In this document: piece by piece, positions 1 through 8,562 of the stretch
Numbering within the stretch: the first letter of the stretch is position 1
Layout of the letters: each line of letters opens with the position of its first letter
Assembly (NCBI GenBank): GCA_007128045.1
Contig: SKYG01000294.1
Span: forward strand, 1-38,489
DNA: 38,489 bases
DNA from: Bacteroidales bacterium
GTDB lineage: Bacteria > Bacteroidota > Bacteroidia > Bacteroidales > UBA7960
Reading direction: 5' to 3'
Program-made: the position numbers and the translations under genes
Notes under the pieces: model-generated
What the model was told of the DNA's origin: nothing
The model's input: only the letters and a program-made list of their open reading frames with translations
Database searches by the model: none

Positions 1-1150
1 CTGCCAGGATAAACACCTCATGACCATCGGGAAAGATATACTTGTCTACCTGCGGTTTAATGTTTACCTTTTTGATTCCCTCCCAATTCTCCAGTTCATC
101 CATCTGAATCTCATTGTCGAAATGACCAATATTACAGACTATGGCCTGGTCTTTCATTTTCGACATATGCTCGGCTGTGATCACATCTTTGTTGCCGGTA
201 GCGGTTACAAAGATATTGCCTTCAGCGAGGGCATCTTCAACTGTTTTTACCTCATAGCCTTCCATAGCTGCCTGTAAGGCGCAGATGGGATCAATTTCCG
301 TGATGATGATTCTGGCGCCGTACCCGCGCATAGACTTGGCGGAGCCTTTACCCACGTCGCCATAGCCACAGACCACAACAACTTTTCCTGCCAGCATCAC
401 GTCGGTAGCCCTTTTAATGCCATCGGCCAATGATTCACGGCAGCCATACAGGTTATCAAACTTCGACTTGGTGACTGAATCGTTTACGTTGATGGCCGGA
501 ACAAGTAATTCACCTTTTTCCATCATCTGATACAGGCGATGTACCCCGGTGGTGGTTTCTTCAGAGATTCCTCGCAGCTCCTTTACGGTACGATGCCATT
601 TGTCGGCATCTTCTGCCAGTGTTTCCCTGATCAGGTTCAGAATGATTGCTTCTTCTCTGTTATCTGGCTCAACATCCAGCGCAGTCGCGTCTTTTTCGGC
701 GATGTATCCCTTATGGATGAGCAGGGTTGCATCACCACCATCATCGACAATCAGATGGGGGCCTTTGCCATCAGGAAAGCTCAACGCTTGTTTGGTGCAC
801 CACCAATACTCTTCCAGGGTCTCTCCTTTCCAGGCAAATACAGGAATGCCAGCCTGAGCAATAGCTGCAGCAGCATGATCCTGGGTGGAGAAAATATTGC
901 AGCTGGCCCAACGAACATCTGCGCCCAGCGCTACCAAGGTTTCTATCAGCACAGCCGTTTGCACTGTCATATGCAGCGAGCCGGTGATACGGGCACCCTT
1001 CAGAGGTTTCTCTTTGCCATACTTTTCACGTAACGACATCAGCCCGGGCATTTCTTTCTCAGCAATAACAATTTCTTTCCGGCCATAATCAGCCAGAGAC
1101 AGATCTTTAATTTTATATTTAATTTGCTTTTCTTTCAACAGAGTTTCCAT
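1..1150 (-). CDS. ahcY: adenosylhomocysteinase (SAH hydrolase); C-terminal end runs off the window
   Basis: Not in the ORF track because there is no stop inside the window. My minus-strand translation from the ATG (1150-1148) gives [96 protein letters not shown]..., then the NAD-site [12 protein letters not shown] and NIGHFDNEI. The frame stays open to the window edge. Confidence 0.95.
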   Translation of the reverse strand, partial: METLLKEKQIKYKIKDLSLADYGRKEIVIAEKEMPGLMSLREKYGKEKPLKGARITGSLHMTVQTAVLIETLVALGADVRWASCNIFSTQDHAAAAIAQAGIPVFAWKGETLEEYWWCTKQALSFPDGKGPHLIVDDGGDATLLIHKGYIAEKDATALDVEPDNREEAIILNLIRETLAEDADKWHRTVKELRGISEETTTGVHRLYQMMEKGELLVPAINVNDSVTKSKFDNLYGCRESLADGIKRATDVMLAGKVVVVCGYGDVGKGSAKSMRGYGARIIITEIDPICALQAAMEGYEVKTVEDALAEGNIFVTATGNKDVITAEHMSKMKDQAIVCNIGHFDNEIQMDELENWEGIKKVNIKPQVDKYIFPDGHEVFILA

Positions 1151-1158
1151 GAAGTTTA

Positions 1159-1166
1159 TACCTTTG
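1159..1166 (+). promoter_or_regulatory. candidate -7 box TACCTTTG for the PPTase gene
   Basis: Matches TAnnTTTG about 54 nt upstream of the ATG at 1220. Confidence 0.3.
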
Positions 1167-1180
1167 TGTGAATAATGGTG

Positions 1181-1188
1181 CAAAGATA
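1181..1188 (-). promoter_or_regulatory. candidate -7 box (TATCTTTG on the minus strand) for ahcY
   Basis: Matches TAnnTTTG about 30 nt upstream of the ahcY ATG at 1150. Confidence 0.35.
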
Positions 1189-1219
1189 GTACAATCTGTT
1201 GTGTTTTAAAAACCTGCTC

Positions 1220-1858
1220 ATGAGCCTTTTCTTAAAAAAAGCTTTTGATCATGCTGCTTTAGGAGTCTGGGAAATCGATGAGGATGTGGAAGAGTTGTAT
1301 GCCAAAGTACAACTGTCAGAACAGGAAAAGAATCATTTTTCTCTTCTCAAGTCAGAACGAAGACGTCAGCATTGGTTAAGCTACAGACTGATCTTGCCTC
1401 ATCTTGTAAAAATGGGTGAACCCACCACGATTGAATACGACGAAAATGGAAAGCCGTTCTTAAACAATGGTGCCAGACATATATCTGTGTCACATTCAGG
1501 AAAGTTCTCAGCGCTAATTGCCAGTAAGAACAAACATGTTGGCATCGACATAGAATGTATGCAACCCAAAATTTTTCGCGTCGCACACAGGTTCCTCAAC
1601 AGAAAAGAGTTAAAACAGGTGTTTTCAAAACATGCCATGGAGAGCCTTTACTTGGTTTGGGCGAGTAAAGAGGCTTTATTCAAGCTGCATGGGAAGCGTG
1701 ATCTGTCATTCAGAGAACATATCCGCATCTTTCCATTTAAATTTAAAGGGAAGGGAAACATATACGGAGAGATCCGCACCCCTGACTATCAGCAAACATA
1801 TACCATTTATTACGAAACCATCGAAAATTATATTCTCGTTTACGCCATAGATAATTAG
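1220..1858 (+). CDS. 4'-phosphopantetheinyl transferase (Sfp-type superfamily)
   Basis: ORF 1199..1858 contains [26 protein letters not shown] and [10 protein letters not shown], which are PPTase signature regions. I prefer the in-frame ATG at 1220 over the TTG at 1199. Confidence 0.8.
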   Translation: MSLFLKKAFDHAALGVWEIDEDVEELYAKVQLSEQEKNHFSLLKSERRRQHWLSYRLILPHLVKMGEPTTIEYDENGKPFLNNGARHISVSHSGKFSALIASKNKHVGIDIECMQPKIFRVAHRFLNRKELKQVFSKHAMESLYLVWASKEALFKLHGKRDLSFREHIRIFPFKFKGKGNIYGEIRTPDYQQTYTIYYETIENYILVYAIDN

Positions 1859-1898
1859 CAGGATCGCGAAATTAATATTCAATAAAAAGCAAAGGACT

Positions 1899-2642
1899 AT
1901 GAAATTATTGGATGTCATAAATGGGAAGTGCCAAGAGGGAAAGAAGCAGCTGGCCATCATGGTCGACCCCGACAAGAGTGACTTTGATGGATTGCAGAAG
2001 ACTGCAGAAGTAGCAGATGCCACCGGAGCTGATTATCTGTTTATTGGAGGGAGTCTGCTAACACGCGACAATATGGCTTCATGTATCGAACAGCTAAAAA
2101 AAAGCAGCGAGGTGCCTGTAGTGATTTTCCCGGGCAGCATGCTGCAAATTTCATCCAACGCCGATGCCTTGCTGTTACTATCACTGATCTCAGGACGCAA
2201 TCCTGAAATGCTCATCAGCAATCATGTTGTGGCAGCGCCAATGATCAAGAGCAGCAAACTGGAGGTAATCCCAACCGGATATATCCTTGTGGAAAGTGGC
2301 AAGATCACCTCGGCATTGTATATGAGCAACACCCTGCCTATTCCATTCGACAAAACAGATATCGCAGTGTGTACGGCCATGGCAGGAGAAATGCTGGGGC
2401 TAAAAATCATCTATATGGATACAGGAACAGGTGCCATCCACTCTGTGCCCATGGAAATGGTCAGGGCTGTAAGGCAGAATATTCAAGTCCCACTTGTGAT
2501 TGGTGGTGGCATCCGCACCCCCGAAGACGCCCTTGAAACATGGGATGCCGGCGCCGACATAATCGTTGTGGGAAACGCAGCTGAAACAAACCCCGACATC
2601 ATCTTTGAAATGGGAGAAGCAAAAAGGGTGTTGAATGATTAA
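1899..2642 (+). CDS. geranylgeranylglyceryl/heptaprenylglyceryl phosphate synthase family protein (GGGPS/PcrB family)
   Basis: The 247-aa product has DPDK, FIGGS, VVIFPGS...ADALLLLSLISGRNPEMLI, IYMDTGTGA and VIGGGIRTPEDA...IVVGNA. This is the (beta/alpha)8 PcrB/GGGPS pattern. Confidence 0.8.
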   Translation: MKLLDVINGKCQEGKKQLAIMVDPDKSDFDGLQKTAEVADATGADYLFIGGSLLTRDNMASCIEQLKKSSEVPVVIFPGSMLQISSNADALLLLSLISGRNPEMLISNHVVAAPMIKSSKLEVIPTGYILVESGKITSALYMSNTLPIPFDKTDIAVCTAMAGEMLGLKIIYMDTGTGAIHSVPMEMVRAVRQNIQVPLVIGGGIRTPEDALETWDAGADIIVVGNAAETNPDIIFEMGEAKRVLND

Positions 2643-2693
2643 AGCAATCTTTATAATTATTATATTACCAAATAACTAATACGCGAATACATT

Positions 2694-4085
2694 ATGAATT
2701 ACGACGTGATTGTCTTGGGCTCAGGGCCCGGAGGTTATGTAGCAGCCATACGGGCTGCTCAGCTTGGAATGAAAGTGGGTGTTGTAGAAAAAGAAGAACT
2801 GGGAGGAATATGTCTGAATTGGGGATGCATCCCCACCAAAGCATTACTGAAAAGTGCACAAGTGTTTGACTACCTGAAACATGCTGCCGATTACGGTATT
2901 AGCATGAAAGGTGAGCCACAGGCCGATATAGGAGCAATGGTAAAAAGAAGCCGCGATGTGGCAGCCGGCATGAGTAAAGGCATTCAGTTTCTGTTTAAAA
3001 AGAATAAGATAGATCACCTGAATGGACACGGAACAGTATTGCCAGGCAAAAAAGTTGAAGTGACAGACAGCGAAGGCAAGAAAACAACCTACCAGGCAAA
3101 GCACATCATCATTGCCTCCGGAGCCAGAAGCAGACAGCTCGACAACCTGAAACAAGACGGCAAAAAGATCATAGGATACAGGCAGGCCATGGTGCTTGAC
3201 AAGCAGCCGGGTTCAATGGTGGTGGTGGGCTCAGGCGCTATCGGCGCTGAGTTTGCCTACTTCTATAATACCATAGGCACCAACGTTACCCTGGTTGAGT
3301 TTATGCCAAACATCATACCCCTGGAAGATGAAGAGGTATCCAAACAACTGGAACGTTCCTTCAAGAAGTCCAAAATGAGGGTTATGACCAGCAGCACCGT
3401 CGAATCAGTCGACACCACCGGCGATACATGCAAAGTGGTTGTAAAAACGCCTAAAGGGGAAGAAGTGATTGAAGCTGATATCGTTCTTTCTGCGGTGGGC
3501 ATCTCTGCCAATATAGAACAAATCGGATTGGAAGAAACCGGGATAAAAACTGAGAATGGCAAAATTGCTGTCGACGATTTTTACCGCACCAATGTGGAGG
3601 GATATTATGCCATTGGTGACGTGGTACCTGGTCCGGCACTGGCTCACGTGGCATCGGCAGAAGGTATTATCTGCGTAGAAAAAATCGCTGGTCACCACCC
3701 TGACCCTCTCGACTATAACAACATACCCGGATGCACCTATACCTCACCTGAGGTAGCCTCTGTCGGCTATACCGAAAAGGCAGCAACAGATGCCGGCTTC
3801 GCCCTGAAAATCGGCAAGTTCCCCTTCTCAGCATCAGGAAAGGCAAGTGCCGCAGGCACCAAAGATGGTTTCGTAAAGCTGATCTTCGATGCCAAATACG
3901 GCGAGCTGCTCGGCGCACATATGATAGGCGCCAATGTAACCGAAATGATCGCAGAGATCGTGGTGGCCAGAAAACTGGAAACCACCGGACAAGAAATGAT
4001 CAAGGCCGTTCATCCGCACCCAACCATGTCGGAAGCTATCATGGAAGCTGCCGCAGCTGCCTATGACGAGGTAATTCACCTATGA
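2694..4085 (+). CDS. lpdA: dihydrolipoyl dehydrogenase (E3 / L-protein)
   Basis: FAD-binding DVIVLGSGPGGYVAAIRAAQLG, redox disulfide GGICLNWGCIPTK, and C-terminal HPHPTMSE interface motif. Length is 463 aa. Confidence 0.93.
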   Translation: MNYDVIVLGSGPGGYVAAIRAAQLGMKVGVVEKEELGGICLNWGCIPTKALLKSAQVFDYLKHAADYGISMKGEPQADIGAMVKRSRDVAAGMSKGIQFLFKKNKIDHLNGHGTVLPGKKVEVTDSEGKKTTYQAKHIIIASGARSRQLDNLKQDGKKIIGYRQAMVLDKQPGSMVVVGSGAIGAEFAYFYNTIGTNVTLVEFMPNIIPLEDEEVSKQLERSFKKSKMRVMTSSTVESVDTTGDTCKVVVKTPKGEEVIEADIVLSAVGISANIEQIGLEETGIKTENGKIAVDDFYRTNVEGYYAIGDVVPGPALAHVASAEGIICVEKIAGHHPDPLDYNNIPGCTYTSPEVASVGYTEKAATDAGFALKIGKFPFSASGKASAAGTKDGFVKLIFDAKYGELLGAHMIGANVTEMIAEIVVARKLETTGQEMIKAVHPHPTMSEAIMEAAAAAYDEVIHL

Positions 4086-4091
4086 TAAATA

Positions 4092-4195
4092 GAGTTGAGG
4101 AGTTGAGGAGTGGAGGAGTGGAGGAGTTGAGGAGTGGAGGAGTTGAGGAGTGGAGGAGTGGAGGAGTTGAGGAGTGGAGGAGTTGAGGAGTTGAA
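4092..4195. repeat. 13 tandem 8-nt units GAGTTGAG (T) / GAGTGGAG (G) in the order TTGGTGTGGTGTT, which contains a 40-nt higher-order repeat (TGGTG x2)
   Basis: Read directly. The array starts 6 nt after the lpdA stop and fills most of the lpdA-rfbC spacer. It is G-rich, with many GG tracts. Confidence 0.95.
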
Positions 4196-4231
4196 GGGTA
4201 TTATTTATTAATTACAACAACTATTTTTCCA

Positions 4232-4774
4232 TTGACAATCATTGAAACACCATTTCGCAAGTTACTGATTATTGAGCCGCGAATTTTTCGCGACAACCGT
4301 GGCTATTTTTACGAATCCTGGAACCAGCAGGTATTTGCACGGGCAGGCATCCCGGATATTTTTATCCAGGATAACCAATCCGGTTCATCAAAGGATGTTA
4401 TCAGAGGTCTTCATTTTCAAATTCCACCGCACGAACAGGGTAAACTGGTGAGGACACTGGCAGGGTCGGTACTCGACGTAGTGGTCGACTTGCGAAGAAG
4501 TGAACCTACCTACGGACAACATTTCAAAATGGTTATTAACGCATCCGGCCACAAAATGCTTTTTATACCACCAGGATTCGCACATGGGTTCCTGACCCTG
4601 GAAGACGACACCGTATTCGCGTATAAATGCACCAAGGCATATCATGCACCGTCAGAAAGGTCGTTGCGATGGGACGACCCCGACCTGGGTATCGACTGGG
4701 GCATTGATAAACCTATACTCTCTGATAAAGACAAACAGGCTGCTCTTTTTAAAGGATTCAGAAGTCCGTTCTGA
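4232..4774 (+). CDS. rfbC: dTDP-4-dehydrorhamnose 3,5-epimerase
   Basis: RGYFYESWN, IRGLHFQ and FIPPGFAHGF cupin motifs; 180 aa. The apparent start is TTG at 4232, with no in-frame upstream ATG. Confidence 0.9.
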   Translation: MTIIETPFRKLLIIEPRIFRDNRGYFYESWNQQVFARAGIPDIFIQDNQSGSSKDVIRGLHFQIPPHEQGKLVRTLAGSVLDVVVDLRRSEPTYGQHFKMVINASGHKMLFIPPGFAHGFLTLEDDTVFAYKCTKAYHAPSERSLRWDDPDLGIDWGIDKPILSDKDKQAALFKGFRSPF

Positions 4775-4783
4775 TTGGCTAAC

Positions 4784-4840
4784 CTGAATTGAATTATTCA
4801 GACTAGCCTGGATTATATATACTAGCCTGGATTATTCAGA
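4784..4840. repeat. degenerate 19-nt tandem repeat, about 3 copies (CTGAATTGAATTATTCAGA / CTAGCCTGGATTATATATA / CTAGCCTGGATTATTCAGA)
   Basis: Read directly. CTAGCCTGGATTAT occurs at 4803-4816 and 4822-4835, and ATTATTCAGA at 4793-4802 and 4831-4840. The last copy covers the stop codon (4836-4838) of the 960-aa gene. CTGAAT/ATTCAG (4784-4789/4796-4801) can form a weak hairpin. Confidence 0.8.
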
Positions 4841-7718
4841 ACGATACAGACCATAAAAACTGAAACTGTATTGATTCCTGGTCGCCGGGAAGATAAGCCC
4901 TGACCCCCATATCCAACGGAAAGAAAAACCTGAACAGATGCAAATGGGCCAAAAGGTCTATACCCATAGAACTGAGTGAGCCTTCGTGCCTGCTTATAAC
5001 CTCATCGGAAGAAGACTTTTGGCTGTATCTGACATTGGCATAATCATAGAAAATATTGCTGCTCACCCTTTTAACAAACACCAGGTGAGGAATCCGCCAG
5101 TCAGGATACACGACTGGAAACGCATAATCAACTGAGAAGATGGCAGCCTGGTCGTCATTCCTTCCTGTGATACCCCGCGGATAGACCACCTGATTGGAGA
5201 ATGTGTAATTGATGGTCTGGTCAACACTTGTACCCTCCCGGCGTTTCTGGTAAGATCCAATCAAACGCAAGCTGTGGTGTGGCAACAATCCAGGAAAAAA
5301 CAACGCCAGGCGGGTGGCAAACACTTCACCCATATCACCCCCTGCGAAAGGCGTATGCCGGTAGCTTACATCCAGCACCTGACCCCACCGTGTCCGGATA
5401 TCTCTTGCAACAGTGCGTTGCTGATTATAGGCAAATAACCGGTATTCCAATGACTGCACATGATTGTGCTTAAAAAAATCCGGCGTCTTGTCAACGGAGG
5501 TGGCCTGTGTAAAAACCATATTTGCCGAAGGCCTTACACCGATATTGAAACTTTCCTTCTGAAAATTCAAGGGTATATTAAATCCCAGCTTCCAGCTGCT
5601 CTCACGCCACAGAAATGGCACCAATTCATTCTGTCTGCTTCGGTAATTAGACCGTCGCAGGCCTGTCTCTGCAACCAGGTCAATGACAGGGTACAAGCCT
5701 TCATAACTATATTTCATATAGTATTTCCCAAGCCCTTCATTAAGATCGTATATGTAGCCTATATTGGCAAAGGATGTGCTGAGCTTGTTCTGTGATAACA
5801 ACGAGAACCCCGGTTTTCCTTCAAGATTGTCTGCATCAAGCACTATTGGCCCCCAACTATGAAATGAAAACAAGTTGGACATTTTGTAATATGGGATGGC
5901 CAAATATTCCTTTCGTGGGATGTTGCCGCGTGTAACAAGACCCTCCTCCTGACCGGCCAGTACTTCATGCATCTGTAGTGAATGATCGGCCACATCATCA
6001 AGCAATGGAGCAGAATCAGTTGTAAAAGTGCCTTTAACCATATCATATCCCATATAAGAATAATCAGACCAAAATAATGAATCACCACCGGGCGACAACA
6101 CGGCATCCAGGGCGCCATACTCTGAGGAGACAAGCATGCGTATTTCTCCTGTTGGCACATCCAATGAATACACGTTGTCGACACCAGAAAACGACCCATT
6201 AAAGAAAATGCCATCAGAAGAGAAAAAGCGCGGTCTCGATATCTCCGTATGTCCTGCATGGAAAATAGTGGCAAACCCTCCCAGCTCCTTGTCAGTGACT
6301 ACCAGTCTTTTACCACTCTCGTCAAGGGCAACAGCTATGATGGTATAGTTATTCTGATGCCATGAAGGGGTCATAAGAAAATCATTTCCCGGCGTGCTAT
6401 AACGTCGGAGAAAGTCACCGGATGTGGCATCAATAACAACAATTGAATATTGATTCTGATCTGTAACCTCTGCAACGGCAATTAGCTTGCCATCGGCAGA
6501 TATGGACGGAGAAAAGTACCTTGTCTGCCGGGTAAGTTGTTGCTTTATACCCGTGCTGACATCGTACCTGTACACCTCCGACCAGCTACGATGTTCCCAG
6601 CGTGGGTCTCTCCTGTACTGACTCCAGACAATGACATCCCCGTTGGCAGATATTGGATGAGACTGAAGCGGGCCAGGTCTGAACAACACCGACTCACTAC
6701 CATCGAGGCCCAGCGAAACAACAGCCGGGATCGCCTCCATACCGGTCTTTAATGCCATCAGGGTGGTGTCATTGATAAATGCAGGATAGCGATAACTGGA
6801 GAAAAGCTTCTTATCTGGGTTCACGGCTTCATATGCACTATAGGCACCCCGCTCCCATTGGTCAGACCATGCCGATTCCAGCATACCCATGGTATTTCTG
6901 TAATGCTGCATTTTTGTTACGCCCGCATATTTTTTCAGTCCAAATGTCATAGGGAAAATGGTGTATGGCCTTCGACCCACATGGGTCAGCACTTTATCCC
7001 AAATATCAACACCATATTGTTTACGGGCAGATGCGACAAGTTGATATCCCAGCTCGTAATAATTTGGAACGTGGTCCTTCATAGATCCCAGTACGGCTTT
7101 ATCAAAAGAGTACACCCCCTTCTCAAGCACCTGCGCACGCAGTCCTTGTTCAAAAGATGGCAGCCTCCCTCGTCCGGCATTTGTCAGTGCAGTCTCTGTT
7201 GCCACCGCATCGCCTTCCATGAACCACATAGGCACGAACAATCCTAAAACGGCACCTGTAGCCTGCTCTCCAAACAGAAATGAAAGCAACCTGGTGACTC
7301 CCTGGTTCAGCTTGTCAATTTGCACAATATGCCTGAACTCGTGCAATGCCAATGACTCCAACCAATCGTGGGCATCGTTATTCTGGGGTGGGTTGGTGAA
7401 CATCTCGATACGGCTTGGCGCCCAGCTTACAAAGCCATTTGAGACGACTGTCTGGTTATGAATAATTACAGATACCTTTTTTGGATTATGGCCAAGGCTC
7501 ACCGACCCATACTGGTAAGCATATTCAAGCACATCAGCGATATAAGCACCTTGCTCCTCATAGTTCTCAGGAAAGATCACCTGAAAATTTACAGACTTGA
7601 TCTGCATCCACCTGATCGATGATGGGTCCTGCCCCATAGAAAAGTACTGCCCCATCAGCGCAATATTTCCGAAGAAGATAAAATAACAACAAAAAATTAT
7701 ATGTGCTAATTTGCTCAA
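4836..7718 (-). CDS. large exported protein: N-terminal HExxH (gluzincin-like) domain, TolB/PD40-like beta-propeller repeats, and a C-terminal beta-barrel-like region ending in Phe
   Basis: 960-aa ORF with the hydrophobic N-terminus MSKLAHIIFCCYFIFFGNIALMG (TTG start). It carries LALHEFRHIV followed by WFMEGDAVATE, and repeated segments such as SPSISADGKLIAVAEV and LSPGGDSLFWSDYS. The last ~330 aa alternate hydrophobic and polar residues and end ...FLWSVSF. Confidence 0.6.
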   Translation of the reverse strand: MSKLAHIIFCCYFIFFGNIALMGQYFSMGQDPSSIRWMQIKSVNFQVIFPENYEEQGAYIADVLEYAYQYGSVSLGHNPKKVSVIIHNQTVVSNGFVSWAPSRIEMFTNPPQNNDAHDWLESLALHEFRHIVQIDKLNQGVTRLLSFLFGEQATGAVLGLFVPMWFMEGDAVATETALTNAGRGRLPSFEQGLRAQVLEKGVYSFDKAVLGSMKDHVPNYYELGYQLVASARKQYGVDIWDKVLTHVGRRPYTIFPMTFGLKKYAGVTKMQHYRNTMGMLESAWSDQWERGAYSAYEAVNPDKKLFSSYRYPAFINDTTLMALKTGMEAIPAVVSLGLDGSESVLFRPGPLQSHPISANGDVIVWSQYRRDPRWEHRSWSEVYRYDVSTGIKQQLTRQTRYFSPSISADGKLIAVAEVTDQNQYSIVVIDATSGDFLRRYSTPGNDFLMTPSWHQNNYTIIAVALDESGKRLVVTDKELGGFATIFHAGHTEISRPRFFSSDGIFFNGSFSGVDNVYSLDVPTGEIRMLVSSEYGALDAVLSPGGDSLFWSDYSYMGYDMVKGTFTTDSAPLLDDVADHSLQMHEVLAGQEEGLVTRGNIPRKEYLAIPYYKMSNLFSFHSWGPIVLDADNLEGKPGFSLLSQNKLSTSFANIGYIYDLNEGLGKYYMKYSYEGLYPVIDLVAETGLRRSNYRSRQNELVPFLWRESSWKLGFNIPLNFQKESFNIGVRPSANMVFTQATSVDKTPDFFKHNHVQSLEYRLFAYNQQRTVARDIRTRWGQVLDVSYRHTPFAGGDMGEVFATRLALFFPGLLPHHSLRLIGSYQKRREGTSVDQTINYTFSNQVVYPRGITGRNDDQAAIFSVDYAFPVVYPDWRIPHLVFVKRVSSNIFYDYANVRYSQKSSSDEVISRHEGSLSSMGIDLLAHLHLFRFFFPLDMGVRAYLPGDQESIQFQFLWSVSF

Positions 7719-7755
7719 CGATGCAACAATTCAACAATTCAACGATGCAACATTT
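7716..7755. repeat. 5 tandem 8-nt units CAACGATG CAACAATT CAACAATT CAACGATG CAACATTT
   Basis: Read directly. The array spans the whole gap between two minus-strand genes. It contains both the TTG start of the 960-aa gene (7716-7718) and the stop plus last ~8 codons of the RluA-family gene. Confidence 0.9.
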
Positions 7756-8477
7756 AACCCCTTCACCAGTTCCTCAAAACATTCCCATAAAGAATCTCCT
7801 GCCGGTGTTGGGGCAACCACCCTGACGCGTTCTTTACTTACAGGGTGAATAAAATCGACCTCTCTGGCGTGCAAATGAATGCCCCCGTTACTGTTAGACC
7901 GGGGATATCCATACTTCAGATCACCCCTGACCGGGCACCCAATGGCGCTAAGCTGTGATCGTATCTGATGGTGTCGTCCGGTTTGAAGTTCAATTTCAAG
8001 CAAATGGTAATGATTGCCTGAGCCAAGCATTTTATAATTCAATATAGCTTTTTTTGCCCCGTCAACATCAGGCCTGACCGGGTAAGACTTGTTTTGTTTT
8101 TCATTCTTTTTGAGATAGTGCTCCAGAGTACCCTCAGCCTCAGGAGGAAGATTTCTGACCACCGCCCAGTAAAGTTTTTTTAGCTCATAGTTTTTCAGCA
8201 TCTCGTTGATACGCGTCAATCCCTTTGAGGTGCGTGCAAAAATAACCGCACCGCTAACCGGTCTGTCGAGACGATGTGCTACACCAAGAAACGCATCTCC
8301 GGGCTTGTTATACTTCGCACGAATATAAGCCTTTACAATATCACTCAAAGGCATATCGCCCGTTTTATCACCTTGAACAATCTCCGACGATTGCTTATTG
8401 ATAACAATCAGGTGGTTGTCTTCGTACAAAACCCTTCTGCTGAAAGAAGTTACAGGATCAATGGTTTCTGTGGTCAT
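7731..8477 (-). CDS. RluA-family pseudouridine synthase
   Basis: HRLDRPVSGAVIFARTSKG catalytic-Asp motif and GRHHQIRSQL. I start at the ATG at 8477 (MTTETIDP...), because the 16 upstream codons of track ORF 7731..8525 lie in an intergenic repeat module. Confidence 0.85.
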   Translation of the reverse strand: MTTETIDPVTSFSRRVLYEDNHLIVINKQSSEIVQGDKTGDMPLSDIVKAYIRAKYNKPGDAFLGVAHRLDRPVSGAVIFARTSKGLTRINEMLKNYELKKLYWAVVRNLPPEAEGTLEHYLKKNEKQNKSYPVRPDVDGAKKAILNYKMLGSGNHYHLLEIELQTGRHHQIRSQLSAIGCPVRGDLKYGYPRSNSNGGIHLHAREVDFIHPVSKERVRVVAPTPAGDSLWECFEELVKGLNVASLNC

Positions 8478-8562
8478 AGTTGTTGCGGATTGTGGGCCTG
8501 TCTCGAACGAAGTGAGAGATCCCATGATGGTCGTGTATGTTACGGGTTGTGAGTCGCGGGTT
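8478..8562. repeat. composite REP-like module: GTTGTTGCGGATTGTGGG, then TCTCGAACGAAGTGAGAGATCCC, then GTTACGGGTTGTGAGTCGCGGGTT
   Basis: Read directly. The 23-mer at 8501-8523 is the exact reverse complement of 11778-11800. The GTTRCGG-type words recur at 11814-11840, 24037-24062 and 28278-28298. Confidence 0.85.

Noticed and set aside
539-1088. Plus-strand track ORFs 539..1033, 549..857 and 885..1088
   Set aside because: They are antisense to the strongly supported ahcY coding frame and show no recognisable motifs. They are typical shadow ORFs, and the same applies to the many other antisense ORFs nested in lpdA, alaS, gcvP, hppA and other genes.
4092-4195. The GAGTTGAG/GAGTGGAG array as coding sequence for a repetitive (EELRSGGV)n peptide
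   Set aside because: There is no start codon in frame, it lies directly after the lpdA stop, and its 8-nt period is incompatible with a maintained reading frame.
8478-8525. N-terminal extension of the RluA-family ORF (MGSLTSFETGPQSATT)
   Set aside because: These codons are encoded by the intergenic REP-like module (8479-8523). The internal ATG at 8477 gives a sensible N-terminus.
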